A stretch of DNA of 64,000 nucleotides from positions 7,762,149-7,826,148 of the forward strand of contig BDGG01000001.1 of the NCBI GenBank assembly GCA_001949185.1, given 5' to 3'. The stretch is from Ramazzottius varieornatus (Eukaryota > Animalia > Tardigrada). A program made the translations under genes and the position numbers. The notes beneath the pieces were generated by a model. The model saw only the letters and a program-made list of their open reading frames with translations, did not search any database and had not been told where the DNA came from. Numbering within the stretch: the first letter of the stretch is position 1; each line of letters starts with the position of its first letter. This document shows positions 1 through 15,888 of the stretch, in pieces.

Positions 1-3000
1 CTCAAAGAAACGATTCAGTTCATTCGTACCTTTCGCCCAGTTGGAGAACAAAGAAGGTTCATAAGCAACTTCCTGGTCGAGCCACGCCCAGCTGTAATTA
101 CCGGTAACTTCGTCCAGTGTCTCGACCTGAAACCAGTGGGTTGTTATGGGGTTAAAATTCAGTTTTCTGATTGATGAACTTGATGAAGAGTTACCAGGCC
201 GATAAACATGCCGTTGTTGGCGGAATGAGCGTGAGCTTGAATGCACTGGTTGTCCTCTTTGGTCCGTATAGCTGCCAGGTCGCCGCCGATATCCAGGCAT
301 TTCTGTCGTGCTTCACTAAAACCCATCTTGGTACTGCGGTTATCGTGAAGGAACTCGGCGTCAATGTAATAGCAGTGGGTAGCGCAGTCGGCAGGAAAGT
401 TGGCTGGACAGTAACCGTTGGTCGGTATCGTCACCGTGGGACATGACACTGTAATAAAACTTTCAAGGTTGGCAGGAGAAAAAAAATGTTCAACGAAAAA
501 TTCCGCTGAGACGGTCTATAATTCAACGGCTGTGGGAATACATGGTTTCGAACTTGTTCATTCTAGTCGAACCATTTCCAATATAACCCAGCTTGAAGAG
601 CGCGGGCATGTGCTACAGCCTTCGGTGTCTTGGCTTTTGTCTACGTGAGTTCCGTTCAGTGGGATATCAGTATGTACCTATGCGGTGTTCACAGACGACA
701 TGCGATATTTCCGTGTTATCGCAATACGTCGCCCACCATTTTCCCTCTTCCATGTACAGGCAGTAGTTTTCTTCTGGTGTTCCGATGAGCGACCCCAAGC
801 TGGTGAATGTTGCCGGACAGGAGTTATGCCACTGATAGTTACCGCGCACTTCCATCATGCCGATCCAGGCGGCCGCCTGGCCCGTTTCATGGTCTCTGGC
901 TGCGTCGTCCACCAGGATACCAATGAAGGCGTTCTCGTAAATATCAGAAATGGTAGCGATGTCGGTAGAAAAGTGTGGGTCCGCGTGCACGGTGGTACAC
1001 TCTTGGCGGGCAGCTTCCCAGGTGGCGCCACCGTCCCGGAGTTCCAATGGGCGGACTGCGAAACAGGCCGTACCGTAATGACGGTAACCTTCTGGACAGA
1101 CCTTGGTCGACGGCTCGCTTGCCGGACTCAACGCCTGATCTGAAACAGACCCAATGTTCGTTTTCAACTACTATCCAAAACTCGCACTTTGAGTCGTACC
1201 TTTGCGGGCTTTGCATATGTATCCGTTCAGTTTGGAGCACGGCTGATCTTTCCACCGTCCAGCCTTGTTGGTCTCGCCCAACATTCCCACACATTTTAAT
1301 GGCATCTGGATTTAAAATATAGATGAATACGATGAAGGCCTGTTCAATACAGCGTGTCATGTGGAGGCCCCTACGATGGTTAGAAAGCGAGCTTACCGCT
1401 GCATTGCTGGGTATGTAAGTTGCATGCCAGTTACTGTAGGTGTACGGACTATGGTCGGTCCACTCGAGACCTCTCCAGCCATTTGGCCCGCTACCCATGT
1501 CTTCCCGCAGACCAATCCAGTATGTCGGATTCGTTTGATCGTGTCTCAAAATGGTCACCAGGAAGTCGTTTTCAAGTCTGCTGCCTACCGAGACTAGGTT
1601 ACCACCTGGTACTTCCCGCTGGCAAACATTCAGGGCGTTTTGAAAGGAACGCTTGTCGTCTTGGCGCACCATGTAACAGTAACCACCTACCAATATGTCC
1701 ACATTGCAAAGGTTAATGGATTACAGCACTGCTTGTACAGTATGGTGCAACTTACGGAATTCTTGCCATCCGTCGCGGCAACCACCAAGACTGGGGTTGA
1801 CGGTGGGTGGAGCTAGCACACCGCTCTGCGGCGTCAGGCACACAAAGGGGAAGTTGTCCACGCAGGAGACATCTCTCCACCTTCCGCTGGCACCGTTCAG
1901 CGTAGTGCAATACGTCTCAGACATGCCTTCTCCCGGTTGGCCGATCTCCCATTGGTCGAAGCCACGCCCGTCACTACCATCGACCCATTGGTGTTCGTTG
2001 CTGGCCAGGTTGACACTGCGTAGGCCAATCCAGACTTGGGTGGTGCCCAGTAGATGCGAGGTGATCTGTCCGACGCCTTCAAAGTTGTCACGGTTCAGCA
2101 CAGCCAACTGCGATCCTCGCGTATGACACTCCATCTTGGCACTGGCCCACGTGTTGACACGCTCGGAAACAAAGAGGCATTCGCCGGACTTTTCGATGAA
2201 GAACCACTTGCCCGTTCCCTCCTCTTCCCCACAGGTCTCTAAAGACAAACACGCTCCAGACGCCTGTCGACAATTGAGAAGAGAAAAATTGGATATTGGT
2301 CATGTGGAGATTGTACCGTTGGTGGGGACAGCTGTGGGCAAAGGCGGAATCTCTTCGTTGGGTAGGTAAGCTCCACGTTGGACTTGGCAGACCCAACCGC
2401 GAGACTGATGACACGGGACAACTAACCATGAACCTGTCTTGGAGTCCATGGCCACACAGCTTGAAGAGTCCGAGCTAGTAGTTTCGGCTGCTGAAAAGGC
2501 CGGGTTCAAGCCGGCATACCTGCGGTGCGGAGAAACAGCTTTATTGAGGCTATGGCGGGCGCGAGTTCGGTCATTGTGTCTTACGCGCTGCCGTCGGACC
2601 ATTGCCATCTGCTGACGCCATCTTCGGTGCTGCTGCCTACGAGACGGAGACCGAGCCAGTATTGGTACTTGTCGCCTTTGTGGGTCAAGGCGGAATAGAT
2701 CAAGGTTTCTTCGCGCTCGTGTCGGATGGAGGCCAAATGTCCGCTGCGGTAGCGCGAGCAAAAGTCTTCGGCATCGTCCCATGTCGCTCTGTGCAGTGAC
2801 CCGTCTGAACCGCTTGTACCTGACGCGCCGCTCGCTGTCGGACTAAATACCTACGAGAAAGAAACGAATGCCATCGAACGTTGTCCAAGGGTTACCATTG
2901 ACCAAGACCACGGCACCACCGTAAATCATGCCATCGACGACAATTTTGACTGCCTTCCCATCTGTCTCAGTTTATGGTGCTGCGATACCTGTAGCTCTGA

Positions 3001-6000
3001 AAAGCCCTCTTTCACCAAGTTAAATCATTTTTTGCTTGTCTTCATTTTCGCTTGTCTGCTGCTCGGTTTCGAGCGTTATTAGCACCAGGAAACCAAGCTT
3101 CCTCGCCTTCAACTTTGGCTCGTTACTTGTGACACTATGCCGATACTTGACCGATCTCATGTTTGCTTTAGTGCAGAAAAAGAGAGGTAGGAGCTTGAAT
3201 AAGCTGACCTACTCATCGTTATTACCTTGAAACATCGCGAGTGCCCGCTATCGGTTATCCATCCACTGGGACATCCATTGGCGTTCGGTCCCGCTGTCGT
3301 ACTGGCCAGTTCGAAGCCTTCTCTGGGTCCTTTGCACAAGGCAAACTTCCTCGCTTCACAGTCATCGACGTACCATTGCCCCGGACTTCTTCCTCCCGAA
3401 AATGTCCCTTGTGCCGCAACACAGCCCAATATGCCAGGCTTCGGCTCTCCGCCTGCCCAGTTACTTACCACCACATCGCTACCATCCACCCACTCCGTCA
3501 CGCTGTCCCATGGATCGTCGCGCTCCTTCAACCCGATCCAGTAATCAGCGGCGAAAAGACCTAAACGACAACACAGTCAGGTTAGTCAGTCCTTCTTCCG
3601 GCTTTTGCGTCGCCACTTACCTACGACGCTACTGACGAAATGGACTTCGGCTCGAGTGGACATGCGGACGAGGTCGGCACCCGCATGGTGTGTCTGACAG
3701 TAGGTTCGTCCTTGGGCAAAGGTGAGAAGTGGTCGAGAAGCGGAAGGTGAGGTGGGGTAATAGCACCAATTGTCCTTGTCACCATTACTGACACCGAAGT
3801 GACCGCAACCCGCAGATGGAGGAATGGGGTTGGGCACTGGTTCGACGCCAGCTTCGCGCTTCGACGTGGCGCAGACGGTCAACTTCCCTTCTTTGCACGG
3901 ATATACTTCGACACCCTTTCAAATTCATCACAGCTTATTTAATTTTTCCTTGTCAAGTTTGAAGGAAGGAAGTACCACCTACCTCAGTTGTACCGGCTAC
4001 GCAGTTGAGATCGAACAGGCTATAGAAGGGTATCAATGTGCGTTCTGAGTTCCTGGACCAGGGAGTAAAGGTCACAAGTGACCGGTCGCTCCATGTGAAG
4101 ACGCGAGGGTTCAGCGAATCATTGACGCTATTCAGCCCAATCCAGGCTAAGGATGATACGGTTGGTTAAATTAAAGTCAATACATCAGCGACAAGCACGA
4201 TTTCGGATGGAATTCGATTCTCACCTCCTTGGATAAAGGGTTGCAGCGCACTGTACGTCGCCTGATCAGGTATGGAGACCAGCTCTGCACCCTTCGAGTG
4301 ACAGAAAATACCAGCGTCCCGCCATTGCAATAACGTCCGGTTGTACAATATACACATATCGGCAATGGCTACAAAGTCTTTCGGACACTTGTAGTTTTCT
4401 GGAGAAAAAATGAAATAATCTTGGTATGATTACTCAAGCAAGCTCGCCTTTTGACTGCACAAATTAGCTCAAAGATTTGACTTACCAGAAACGGGCTCTA
4501 TCGGAAGAAGGGTTGTAAGATCCGAGACTCGAGCTGGCTTCTTGCAGATGGAAGCTCTTTCCGTGGAGCAGTTTGCCGAGTACCAGGAAGCATCTTCGGT
4601 GGCAGCCATGTAGCCGCATTGAGGGTAGGTGGTGATGGTGGCAGGATTTGGTTCGTCTGTGGAAGAAAACCGAAAGTCGGAATTTATGTTGAAATACGAC
4701 GGTCTAATTGTTCTTGTATTAATAATAATGGGACCTTTCTTTGATTTATTGCAGTCCTGTTAGGACAAAGGCTGCTGAGAGCCTTGAAGTTTTGGGCTTT
4801 TACATTTAGCCACTTACAATCAGGGATGGGCCGGTAAATCGTCGACCACCTGGGGAACGAAAGCAACGGAGCTGGAATCAACCATCAGATCCGTGGAAAC
4901 CAATATTAGGAAACTAATATTAGACGGCAAGGGAAAATAAAAGTTAATTTGCCGACAGTCCCTGCGCTGCAGCGGACCGGGTGGGGCACTCGACAAGTGC
5001 CCACACCGGTCTGGCGTTCTTCTGCGGACTATAAATTCAACTAAACCAATGTAAAAAAGCACCACGACCGACAAAACGGACACCAGACTTTTAGAGTCTG
5101 GTTGAAGCGCTTCCGGTTGTCGCTGTCAACTTCCGTGGTTAAGCTAATTTTGTTGTCTTTTGAAATCGAGATATGACTTCGGTGTCAGTTTCAGAAGTCA
5201 GTCGAGAATTTTGAACGGTTTTATAATCCAGGGAATAACCACTGGATTAGCCATTGTCCAGTCAAGACTGGGTGACCCAATCGGAAAGCTGTACACTCAT
5301 CACACGCTTTAACCACATTGAACCATGTAACGATTGCAACGATTTTTTTCCGGCTGCGAGGTTTTCGATTGATTGGCGCGGAAGCTGCCACCAGCTGCAG
5401 TTTTCGGATTTTGATTTGACTTGATATAGTAACGTCGAATGACTTGGTTTGTTTCGAGAGAAGGTAACTTACGTTCAGCCCAATTGAAGACAGCGAAAGG
5501 AACTGTCCATCGGTTGTTCTCTGAAGAGGCCGCTGACGATCGATGTTGCCAGTACCATTGGGAAACCCTCTCCGCTTGTAGTCCGAGCCAGTAAGAATCT
5601 GCACCGATGAGCGTCGACAAGTTATGACTTCCCGATGTCAAACCTATGAAAAAAAGTCTGCTATTGATAGGAAAACCGAAACGGATTTCGTATGGAGGGC
5701 CGACACAAACGGGAGCTCGGCAAACCAACTCGACAAGATTATTTTCCCGAGTGGCGCACGCACTCGGTCTTACTGGACAGAACCGTGCGCCACTTGGAAA
5801 AATCATGTTATCGAAGTTGATCGTTTGCTCCAAATGACGCACGTTTTCAGTTTTATTGGCTGGAAGAACGCGCCACCTGGAAAATTTGCTTGAGTTTGTT
5901 CGCCCAGGATCCAACCAAAAATCTTCCAAAAAATACAAGAACACGTAAGGGAAATGTACTGAAAACTCCGTACTTCTGAAGAAGAGTTGTTCATCTTTAG

Positions 6001-9000
6001 TGGTAATAGACAGCAGTTCGGCTTTGTCCGCCATGTTGCGGCAATGCTGTTGAGCCTCACTGTACGACATGGCGTCGTCATTGATGAGGTAGCAGTGGTC
6101 ACCATTGCGGAACCAGCCGGGTCCGCAAGCTGGGTCGTCGAGCTCTTGTGGGTATTCTTCCTTGTCTTTCAACACTATCAGATAGAAAGTAGCTCAGTCA
6201 GCAGAAGAGACCGGGATATTTGAGGGAAGGTTAAGTGTTCATTTACGTTCTATTGTTTACCTCCGTCGTGGTGGCAAACGAAATTCTTTAAGGCCGAGCA
6301 GTCATCGTTGAACCATTTCCCCGCGTCTCGAGGAAGGTGTTCGATGCTTGGAGAAGATAGGTTCATCCCTTCTTTCACCACCATAAAGAGGCATTCTCGC
6401 TTGTCAAACTGGAGAAAATGCGGCGGCAGAAGAAGATTCATGAAAGCAGCTTCAGCAATCTAGAAAACATTTTTGAATATTCCCAACATGGAGTTTTACT
6501 AATACTTCGGGTAACCTACGACATGAGGCTTGAAAGCTGGTATCAAATTCTGGATGCTCAAAACCTGCTTACGGCTTGCCCCTTGTCGTTCTGGAAGATC
6601 CAGTCTTGTCCACCAACGCTTTTCTTCACAGCTCTGATGCCGATCCATGAGTCGTTCTTGAGGTGTTCTAAAACAGCGGAAGAATGCTCTCCGCATAGTC
6701 TTTCTCAACAGTCAGTTACCTGCTACGGTCAGATATGGGACGAAATTTGGAAACGCGAATGTGCTTACTTGATATGTGGATGTTTTGTCCCAATGAATCG
6801 ATGGTTAAAAGAGAGGACTTATTGAGTTTCTGGCAGTAATTTTGAGCGGTTTCATGGCTGAGTCTCTGACTGCCGAACAGGTAGCAACCATCGTGATACC
6901 GAATGAACCGTTGCGGACAAACAACATCTCCTACAACAGTCATAAGTTAGACCCGACTTAACCAAATACCGATAAAAAAGTTCAGACCAGAAGACGTGAA
7001 TTTTGGGACTTACGGATGGCGACATCTGGCGGCAAGATGTCGGCTTTGTGATCTGCCGCGCATATGAAATTCATTTTCTGCGCACAGTGAGTAATGTTCC
7101 AATTGCCTGAGCTACTTTGACCTAGAGCAGGAAAAATCACTGTTCCTTCTTTTATCACATCAACTGGTTGTAGAAGAGCGGGGAAGTCCGGTTACCGGCG
7201 GTGCCATCCAGGAAAACACAATGTTCCAGTTGCTCATCTCCGCCGGTAGAGGGCAGCAGAAACGGCGCATCGGGCGTGGTCCAGTTGGTGAACATTACCG
7301 GTGTACCATCAGCCCAGTGGAATATTCCAGGCTGGGACTTCCGACCTATCAATCACAAAGAAATATGTGACGGTCTGTGCAACATCTCCCACGAAAAGAA
7401 AATGCTTCTTACTGATGGCTCCGATCCAAAACGCTGAGGTTATGTGTGAACTATCAGATTTGCTGTCCAACAGTTTTCTCAGGAAGATCTGAGTAGCGGT
7501 ACTGGAAAACACTAACTGTCGAGATTTTTTCGATCAGACCCAATTTCATTTAGGAAACCGAAACAAAAAATTCGCTGATCGGGTGTAACTTCCTACGACG
7601 ACGTTGTTCAACGAGCTTTTCAGATACAGTAGTATAACGGTCACTCACGTTTTGATCATTGCTAGCTGACTGTGTCCATCCTGACAGATCTTTTCCGCTT
7701 CTTCCCACGACTTTTTATGTTCCTCACCGCCGTTGAACTGGTAACAAATGTCACCCAGTTCTTCCCATCCGTACGGGCACTTACCTGTAATATCCAGGAA
7801 GTCAGAGCCACAAAAAGTGTGCGTGGACTTTATCCCACTCCACTTTGTACTTGGCTGTGACACGGGAAAATGGGCTTACTGAGAGCGGTCTCGCAGGCGA
7901 AAGGTAGACTGGAACTTTCGCATTCGGTCGTCATTTGCCATTCATGGACGTCCATGTAGTCCACCTTTCCACTCTGACCTAGGATTACCCCTGGACCGAC
8001 CGGCTCCAATCGGCGAGTGTCCATCACTCCGCAGTAAGACTTATCGTTTGGTAAATCTCTACAACAAGAAAGAAAAGTCTGATCGGTAAGCAAATTCGAG
8101 TGTTTTTTTCCCCCACTGAAATGTACCGAATGTAGTCGTCCATGTCTGAAATCGGCCAGTGGTTGATAGTAGTGTTCTTCAAAGGCGTGCCATCTTGCCA
8201 CAGCACATGGTCGGCCGTGGTTTCGTTGCGCTTGTTTGGAATGGTTATACCCAACCATGCTTTATTCTTCCTCAACCTACTCCGCACCCACTTCTTGTAC
8301 CAGTCGTCTTCCCGCTCCGAATTGATGGTGGCGACATAACCTTCTTTCTCCCTGTGAAACGGAAAATATTACCAGACGAGCAACCTTTCGATCTTTCCTT
8401 ACCTCAGCGTCCCAAACTGTTCAAAGAAGATCGTCTTGTTAGTTTTCCTCCTAACTTCATCTTCGTACCTGCAGTGTGCCTGAGCCGAGGAAAAAGATTT
8501 AAATTCCGCCACATGGAGGTAACAGTGGCCGTTGTCGTAACTCCAGCCGTACTCGCTCCTGCAAAGCGGTCTTCCGTCTGCAAAAGAAATATGGTCACTG
8601 GGTTCAAAACACCTTATCCGCATATCGTTTTAGGCAGATGCAGTTAGAGCCTACTGTAAGAGCCTTTACAGATGAAGCCATGACGCGTCGTTTGGTCTTG
8701 GAAGTCGGGTTCCAGTGATTTGGTGTCGTCGCGAAACTTTAACGTGGCGGCATACCGCTTTCCCTCCAGATCGGGGTCTTCCATCAGATGAGGAACTCTA
8801 ATCAAACGGGGGTATGTGGTCGAAATGACGCATCAATATTGCGTACTGCATGACGCGATTGTTAAGCGGTTAGACAGTAGAAACTTACAGGGAAGGAAAG
8901 GCCGATCCTTGGAAGGGTGTGACGCTGGTACCATCGTTCCAGATCCACCCTGTTTTCTCCTGATCATAGTCATAGGTCAGTCCGATCCAAAACTGAGCCG

Positions 9001-9360
9001 ACGATCCGGGTAAACGAGACTTGATGTAGTCCTAAGAGGAGAGCAAAGGCTGAGGGTCTAAACAAGTTTATCAACGATTTATCAACGACATAGTACGCGG
9101 ACTAACTAAATGGAAACTATCACACTGACCATTTCTTCTTCGTGCTCAAAGGTGGCTAATGTGCCGCCCAGAGCTCGGCATTCCTCCATGGCATCGGTGA
9201 AGGTCTTACGGTCCGTGGAGGGCGTCGCTGCATGCTGGACATCTTGATAAATGTAATAGCACGTCTGACTTCCTCGTCGGGCCACCCATTGTGTACCTGG
9301 GCATCGGTAACCCCATGACAGACTGATCAATGTTAGGAAAACAACCGTAGAGAAATACAT
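1..9360 (-). CDS. Multi-C-type-lectin-domain protein (macrophage mannose receptor-like), at least 12 CTLDs, many exons, 3' end outside the window
   Basis: Signal peptide MYFSTVVFLTLISLSWG from ATG at 9360. Repeated CTLD motifs (CPxGW...CY, A...C...GG.LA, WIGL, WxDG, NW...EP, W.D..C....F.C) lie in minus-strand ORF fragments from 9106-9462 down to 159-449, joined by GT-AG introns. Exon boundaries are approximate, and two tandem genes cannot be excluded. Confidence 0.88.
5711..5904. repeat. Intronic palindromic element (family P), 2 units
   Basis: GGGAGCTCGGCAAACCAACTCGACAAGATT..GAGTGGCGCACG-N23-CGTGCGCCACTTGG, in a lectin-gene intron. Confidence 0.85.
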
Positions 9361-9942
9361 TGTCTTTCGCGATGTTGGTACAAGTTTTACTGAAGTTTCG
9401 ATGGACCAAAGCAAAAACGAATATAGGCCAAAATAGGAAGACACGACAGTAAATGCACTCAAAACGTGATTTAACTTTTACCTGATGTTCCGAACAAATT
9501 CCATTGCGGGGTTATCGGCGTCGAAATTGTCAGCGGTTGAGCGGTGCAGTATCAAAAATCTCAAAACGATAATCTGGATAATTGAGACGTGAAGGGACGT
9601 TCGTGTGTCATAAAGATATCGCGAGGCGTTATGGATCAACCTGCGAGGCTAACGGACAAGCGATAAAACTAATACGACAAGACCTGTTCGCACCGTCTTC
9701 TGAAGAGAGATTTCCAGTCTTCCGTGTTTACATCAATTGACCAAAGGCACGATCGGCCCAGTACAGGCCGATAAATTCAACAACAACCATTGCACGTCAC
9801 TCCCTTTCCCGTACGAACACACAACGCAAAAGACAGCATAAACACTACATAACGCTTGTTGTTGAACTTCACAAAGACTTTTCGAGACTTCCATCAACGG
9901 TCCGCCATGACAATCAGTTTCAGCACGAGAAGGGGCCTACTA

Positions 9943-11094
<1,152 letters not shown>

Positions 11095-11393
11095 TCATCA
11101 ATGACAGGGTTAACGAAAATCACATCCGTTTACCTCGGACAAATTACTGCTTCGAAATCGATACTTCGGTCCTCACTTTGATTGTAAGATGATGCAAAAG
11201 AACTTTCAGATAAATTCGCACGTTCTTTAAAAGAGTTTTCTCCATCGATACCGATCTACGCTACGCTTCCTTTGAATGCATTCACAACCGACTTCACAAA
11301 TGTGGAACATGTTCGACTTTCAGATGTCAAGAATGGCCAGAGTGATGACTGATCAATACACAGAGGATATGGAATATGGCCGCTACAAAAGAC

Positions 11394-14300
11394 TCACTTT
11401 TGACCATACACTACCATACAAAACAAGTCTGCCAACAGGGAAGCTTCCGCAAAGACGTACGACTTTGTGTCGCTGGGATTGGAAAAGTCCGACAACAACA
11501 AAGATTTCCCCGCGTCTGAAAGGAAAGTTTTTAGTGAATGAAACCAGTGGAGAATTTCCTGAACGTGTAAAGGCAAGTAAGGTGTATCCATTCGACCGTA
11601 ACGTACCTTGGCACTGCCGCAAGAACTGTATGCAATCCAGCAAGCTGGCCGTGGCCAACATGACATCCCGATGGGCGAGGGCGTACAGTGCCGCTAAGAG
11701 CATCCGCTTAGCGTACATCCAGGTTGTCCGGTTCAGTTTGGCGCTGACGGAAGGCTCGAAGCTCTTTAGCAAACGATTCAAGCCAAACTGAAAGTTACCT
11801 TTGCTACAATACAACGTCCTGTAGAAAAAATACCAGAACTCAGCCGGAATTCGTTGAGGTATGCCTTTAGTTAGTGAAGGAAACGATGGGAAAAAAATTT
11901 GTTCTAACGGGTAATAATACCACTACTTGAGATGGGAAGCTGTTTAAATTTTGCATATTGCATAAATGTTTTTCTGAGGGACAGTTTTATGTTGGCCTTC
12001 ACTTCAGCGACTTACCCAATGACCAGGTTTATCACACACAGATGAGAGCTCGTCGAGCTTCCCTGAACTCCTTCGGCTTCCACCACGTAGTTTTCTGCAT
12101 CTTCAACTCGGCGAAGAATCTCCTCGGCCTCGTCATTCCGTGAAGTCATGACGTACGACACGCAGAGATTGGCCAGTAAAACCGGGCTTAGCTAAAACAG
12201 AAACCTTCAAGTGAGCAAAACAAATTTGCAAGAAAAACACTGTATAAAATGATCGGGAATCGAAGATCTGCTTTCGTACTTTCATCATATCCGTTGTTTG
12301 AGGTTTCACTACGGCTTCGTAAAACTTGGCAGCTTCCACATAGTTCTCCAGCATGAAAAGTGTGTGGCCCATGTTGATCCTCCAGTTTTGCTGGTCCGAC
12401 AGGAACTCGTGGGCTTTTTTTAGCTGCTTCTCTACTTGACTGTAGTTCTTGTAGTCCCAGTACATGACCGTTTGGGACATTACTGCGGGCTGCAACCTGC
12501 ACACAACATGTTCAGTTGCAGACTTTCGACTAGGGTGCATTCGAAACGACTTTCAATAAGTTGACCCAGATCGTTTTCCCAATTGGCGCACGCTCATAGC
12601 AGTTATCAGGTGCGGAAGCATGACTTGTTACCCCTGGGAACACGTCAACTTCAGAAAATCATGGTTACGCTCCCCCTTGTTCGGGGTCAGTGAACACTTG
12701 TCCTGAAGTCTTTTTTCTCTCACTTTGCCAACTCCTGGCCATCGTTTGGCATTCTACTGTTCTGAGTTCCTCAGCTCGGCAGAAAAGCCGGAATAGTTTT
12801 GTCTGAATCGCGGAGAACCAAAATTTTGGGTCAGTGAACACTATGAATTTTTTTCGAGGCGTCAACGCATCTTACACGGGCAAGAAGATATGCTCCATGT
12901 TTTGGAGCAAAGCAGGTAAGCAGCATGCCCTGGGAGGTTGGAAAATTCTCCTCCGCTCTGGAGATCTTTTGCTCGGAATTCACTCCTACGGAAGACCGAA
13001 ACTGAAGGTGGACAACAACGTGCTCGGGGAATTTGTTGAATCCGATTCTTCCAGAATTGTTGTAAAACCCTTACGAGACTTCAAGGTATCTTATTAAATC
13101 CTTGCTGGACATTTAGACAAAACGGGAAGGCAATAAAATTAGAGAATCGGATACCCCGTTTACCTCGCGCACCTTACAAATAACGCAAGGTTTTGCCTCT
13201 ATTTACCCTCCCGGTTCTCAACGAGAGCGAACCGATCTCAAATCACATTGTTGCCAGCCACGATAAGTGGGCTCTGTAGAACGGTCTGAAACAAAAATCG
13301 GAATGTTTCAAAAGAGCGGAAGCAGCGTGGAAAATTTCGAATCGTGAGCGGCACCAAAGGAAAATTGTGGCTACTGTCTGGTTACTATTTTAAAGTCTAG
13401 ACCGCTGTGAAATCTTTCTGCCCGGCATAGCGGTAGCCGGTGACTAGACCTCTCTGGTACGAGAAAGAATGATGAGAAAAGTTGCCGTTCACTAAACGAA
13501 ATTGTTCAGTCGACTCAATGCACCAACGTTGCAAGTCAGCTCTAGAGTACACATTGAACAAAACACTTCCGCAAAACTGCAGAAGGCGGATCTGGAAACT
13601 CTCCTTCACACGTCAGGTAGAGAGGACCTGGTACTAAAGGATTATCACCACGTCGAGAAATTAGAGCACCCCCAACGTAAAAAAACAATTTCCTCCAGAG
13701 AGGCTGCGAAAAATGGCTGCGGGGAGTTTATCTTTTCTCTTCCCCTATGCTCCTACAGTAAAGGCATGCGTCCGCTGCCGAAAAACTGAGTGAAGTACCG
13801 TGCTAGGATGGGTGGTTAACCCGATCAAAAATACCGAGGTTGGCAGTCCGGGAAACTTTTTGAAATCTTCGTCGGGGAAGCAATAAGTCAGGGGAAGCAA
13901 TAAGAACGTGCGCCACCTGATGGAACGATTGATGTTGAGTCATGTGGCGAGGTCCCATTCCATCAAAAAATTTTGATTTAAAATTACTGCTTGCCTGGAA
14001 AGGACGTGGTCGTACTCCGACTCTACCGCTCTCAACTTATCCGTCGACCCTTCACGTCTTCGTACTTTTTCCTGGGCCGAAAGCTTTCGTAGTTGTTCCT
14101 GATACCGTACGATCAGTTCTTCAAAGCGTACGTAGGCTTCTTCTGGGGCGGTTTGCTCGATGATGACGGCTTCAAAAAGACTGTAGATATCCTGCAAGAA
14201 GATAAGATTCAATTAAAGTAAGGATTTTGAAAACTGAAATGAGACAAACATAACACAGATAGACAAACACGACAAGATCGTTTTGCCAGCGTGGCGCACG

Positions 14301-15888
14301 CTTTCATCCACCAGCACCGAAAACGTGCGCTACTTGGACAATCAGGGACGAGCAAATCGTTTTGTCCAAGTAGCGCTCGTTCTCGCTGTTGTTGGCTATC
14401 AGTGTGCGCCGCTTGAGAAAGCAATCTTGTCGAGTTTGTCTGCCGAGCTCCCGTGCGACTAACTGAGGAGCTTACTTCGGGCAGTTGGGTGAAGCAGACT
14501 TCGGTGTTCTCAGCCATGAAGTCCGCCGCGATGTCGAACTGCTGTTCGCGGAAGTACAGCGTGACCAAGTTAGCCAAAGTCTCTTTGGGGTAGAAGGGCT
14601 GAGAAACAATGTGCGTGAGTGCCGCAATGCTCTCGGCAGGCTCCCCTTCCGCCTCCAGAATGGCCTTGTTATGCAGAGTAACCATATCGATGTCTTCTTC
14701 GTTCCGTGGTGGAATACTGTTCAACGACGTCTGGGCGGCATTCGCTGAAGAAGAAGTCTCAAAAAAACTCGGGAATAAATGGACGCGGAGTTTCGTTTGT
14801 TTCATTCTGGACTTACCGTTGCCCATGTGATGTTCCATGGCGGCTTTTAGGTTGTATGCCTCAATGAGGTACGACTGCTGCAGTACCGGGCTATTTTGAA
14901 AGACTTGCTTGTTCTCGGTGCCAGAATCGAAGGGAGGTGAAAACTGCGGATGGGTCGACAAGGCTCTCGAGATGATGTCGTTCAAATACTTCGCGCACTG
15001 TCGGAAGTCCTTCATCTCATAAGCGGTGGCTGCCTGCCCGTACACACAACCTACACAACCGGAGAATTCATGTTCAGTACAAACCGATTTTTACGAAGGA
15101 TACCTCAAGAAGAATACTTTTTGAAGTATTTTTACGGACATCACTGATTTATTTCAGAAGGTTCACCTGGGTCGAAACCAGTCATGGCCGCGGTTTGGCT
15201 GAATTTCGCCGCGGCTTCCGTGTATTCTTTCTGTTGGAAGAGGACAGAAGCCTGATTGCGGACGATAGCTGGATTCGTCTGCGCACATTTTTCCAGCAGG
15301 GCCTGGAACACCGATAACACCCTTTCACGGAAATAATATTCAATTTCGTACAAATTTCGATATTGCCTTGCATTCGCGTGTCTCGCCTTCCTGAAAGCGA
15401 ATGGAGGCTTTCAGCAGCGCGATAGTTTCTGGGTTGCCCTTCTCCGCAACGTAGTTGACTATTTTAAGAGCTTCACCGGGAAAGCCAGCTTTGCTGAGAC
15501 ACTGAGCATAGCTCTGCCAGTAGGTGAAGTTGTCGGGATCAATCATGGTCAAGCGCTCGTAGCAGTCCGCTGCAGCCACAAAGTTCTGCTGGGCTACGTA
15601 ACACCATCCTAAGACTGACTGAACGGCCCGAGACTATAGCAAAAAGCTCGGATAATTTTCGTGGCCAGATTGATACGACTGAGAAGCTGGCCAAGGAAAA
15701 CTTACATTCGGGGAAGTTAACGCTTTTCCACGAAGAAATTCGATGACTGTCCCGTAATTTCCAGCGGCGATCTGAAGCAAGAAGAACACCAGCATTGGTC
15801 AGCATTGGTTCAGAATAGCAGAATAAAAGTTACATCTTACCGAATCGTACACGAAGGCCGTGAAGTCGCCATCCCGTACCCGAAACAT
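11394..15888 (-). CDS. TTC30: Tetratricopeptide repeat protein 30 / IFT70 (fleer, DYF-1), intraflagellar transport B subunit
   Basis: Start MFRVRDGDFTAFVYDS; LIEAYNLKAAME; IPPRNEEDIDMVTLHNKA; FDIAADFMAEN; WRINMGHTLFMLENY; LANLCVSYVMTSRNDEAEEILRRVE; YHLCVINLVIG/TLYCSKGNFQFGLNRLLKSFEP; TTWMYAKR. The last exon ends VFAEASLLADLFCMVVYGQK* at 11394. Confidence 0.93.
12566..12640. repeat. Family P element, eroded single unit
   Basis: GATCGTTTTCCCAATTGGCGCACG in the long TTC30 intron. Another half-unit lies at about 13903-13930. Confidence 0.6.
14262..14452. repeat. Family P element, 2 units
   Basis: In a TTC30 intron; ends GTCGAGTTTGTCTGCCGAGCTCCC. Confidence 0.85.

Noticed and set aside
4821-4963. 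Possible hAT MITE (CAGGGATGGG...GTCCCTG) in the long lectin intron
   Set aside because: The TIR match is poor and there is no target-site duplication.
14209-15045. Recurring peptides such as GARQTNS, CATWE and SKWRT in many ORF-track entries as a shared protein motif
   Set aside because: They are translations of the intronic family P repeat read through unspliced ORFs.
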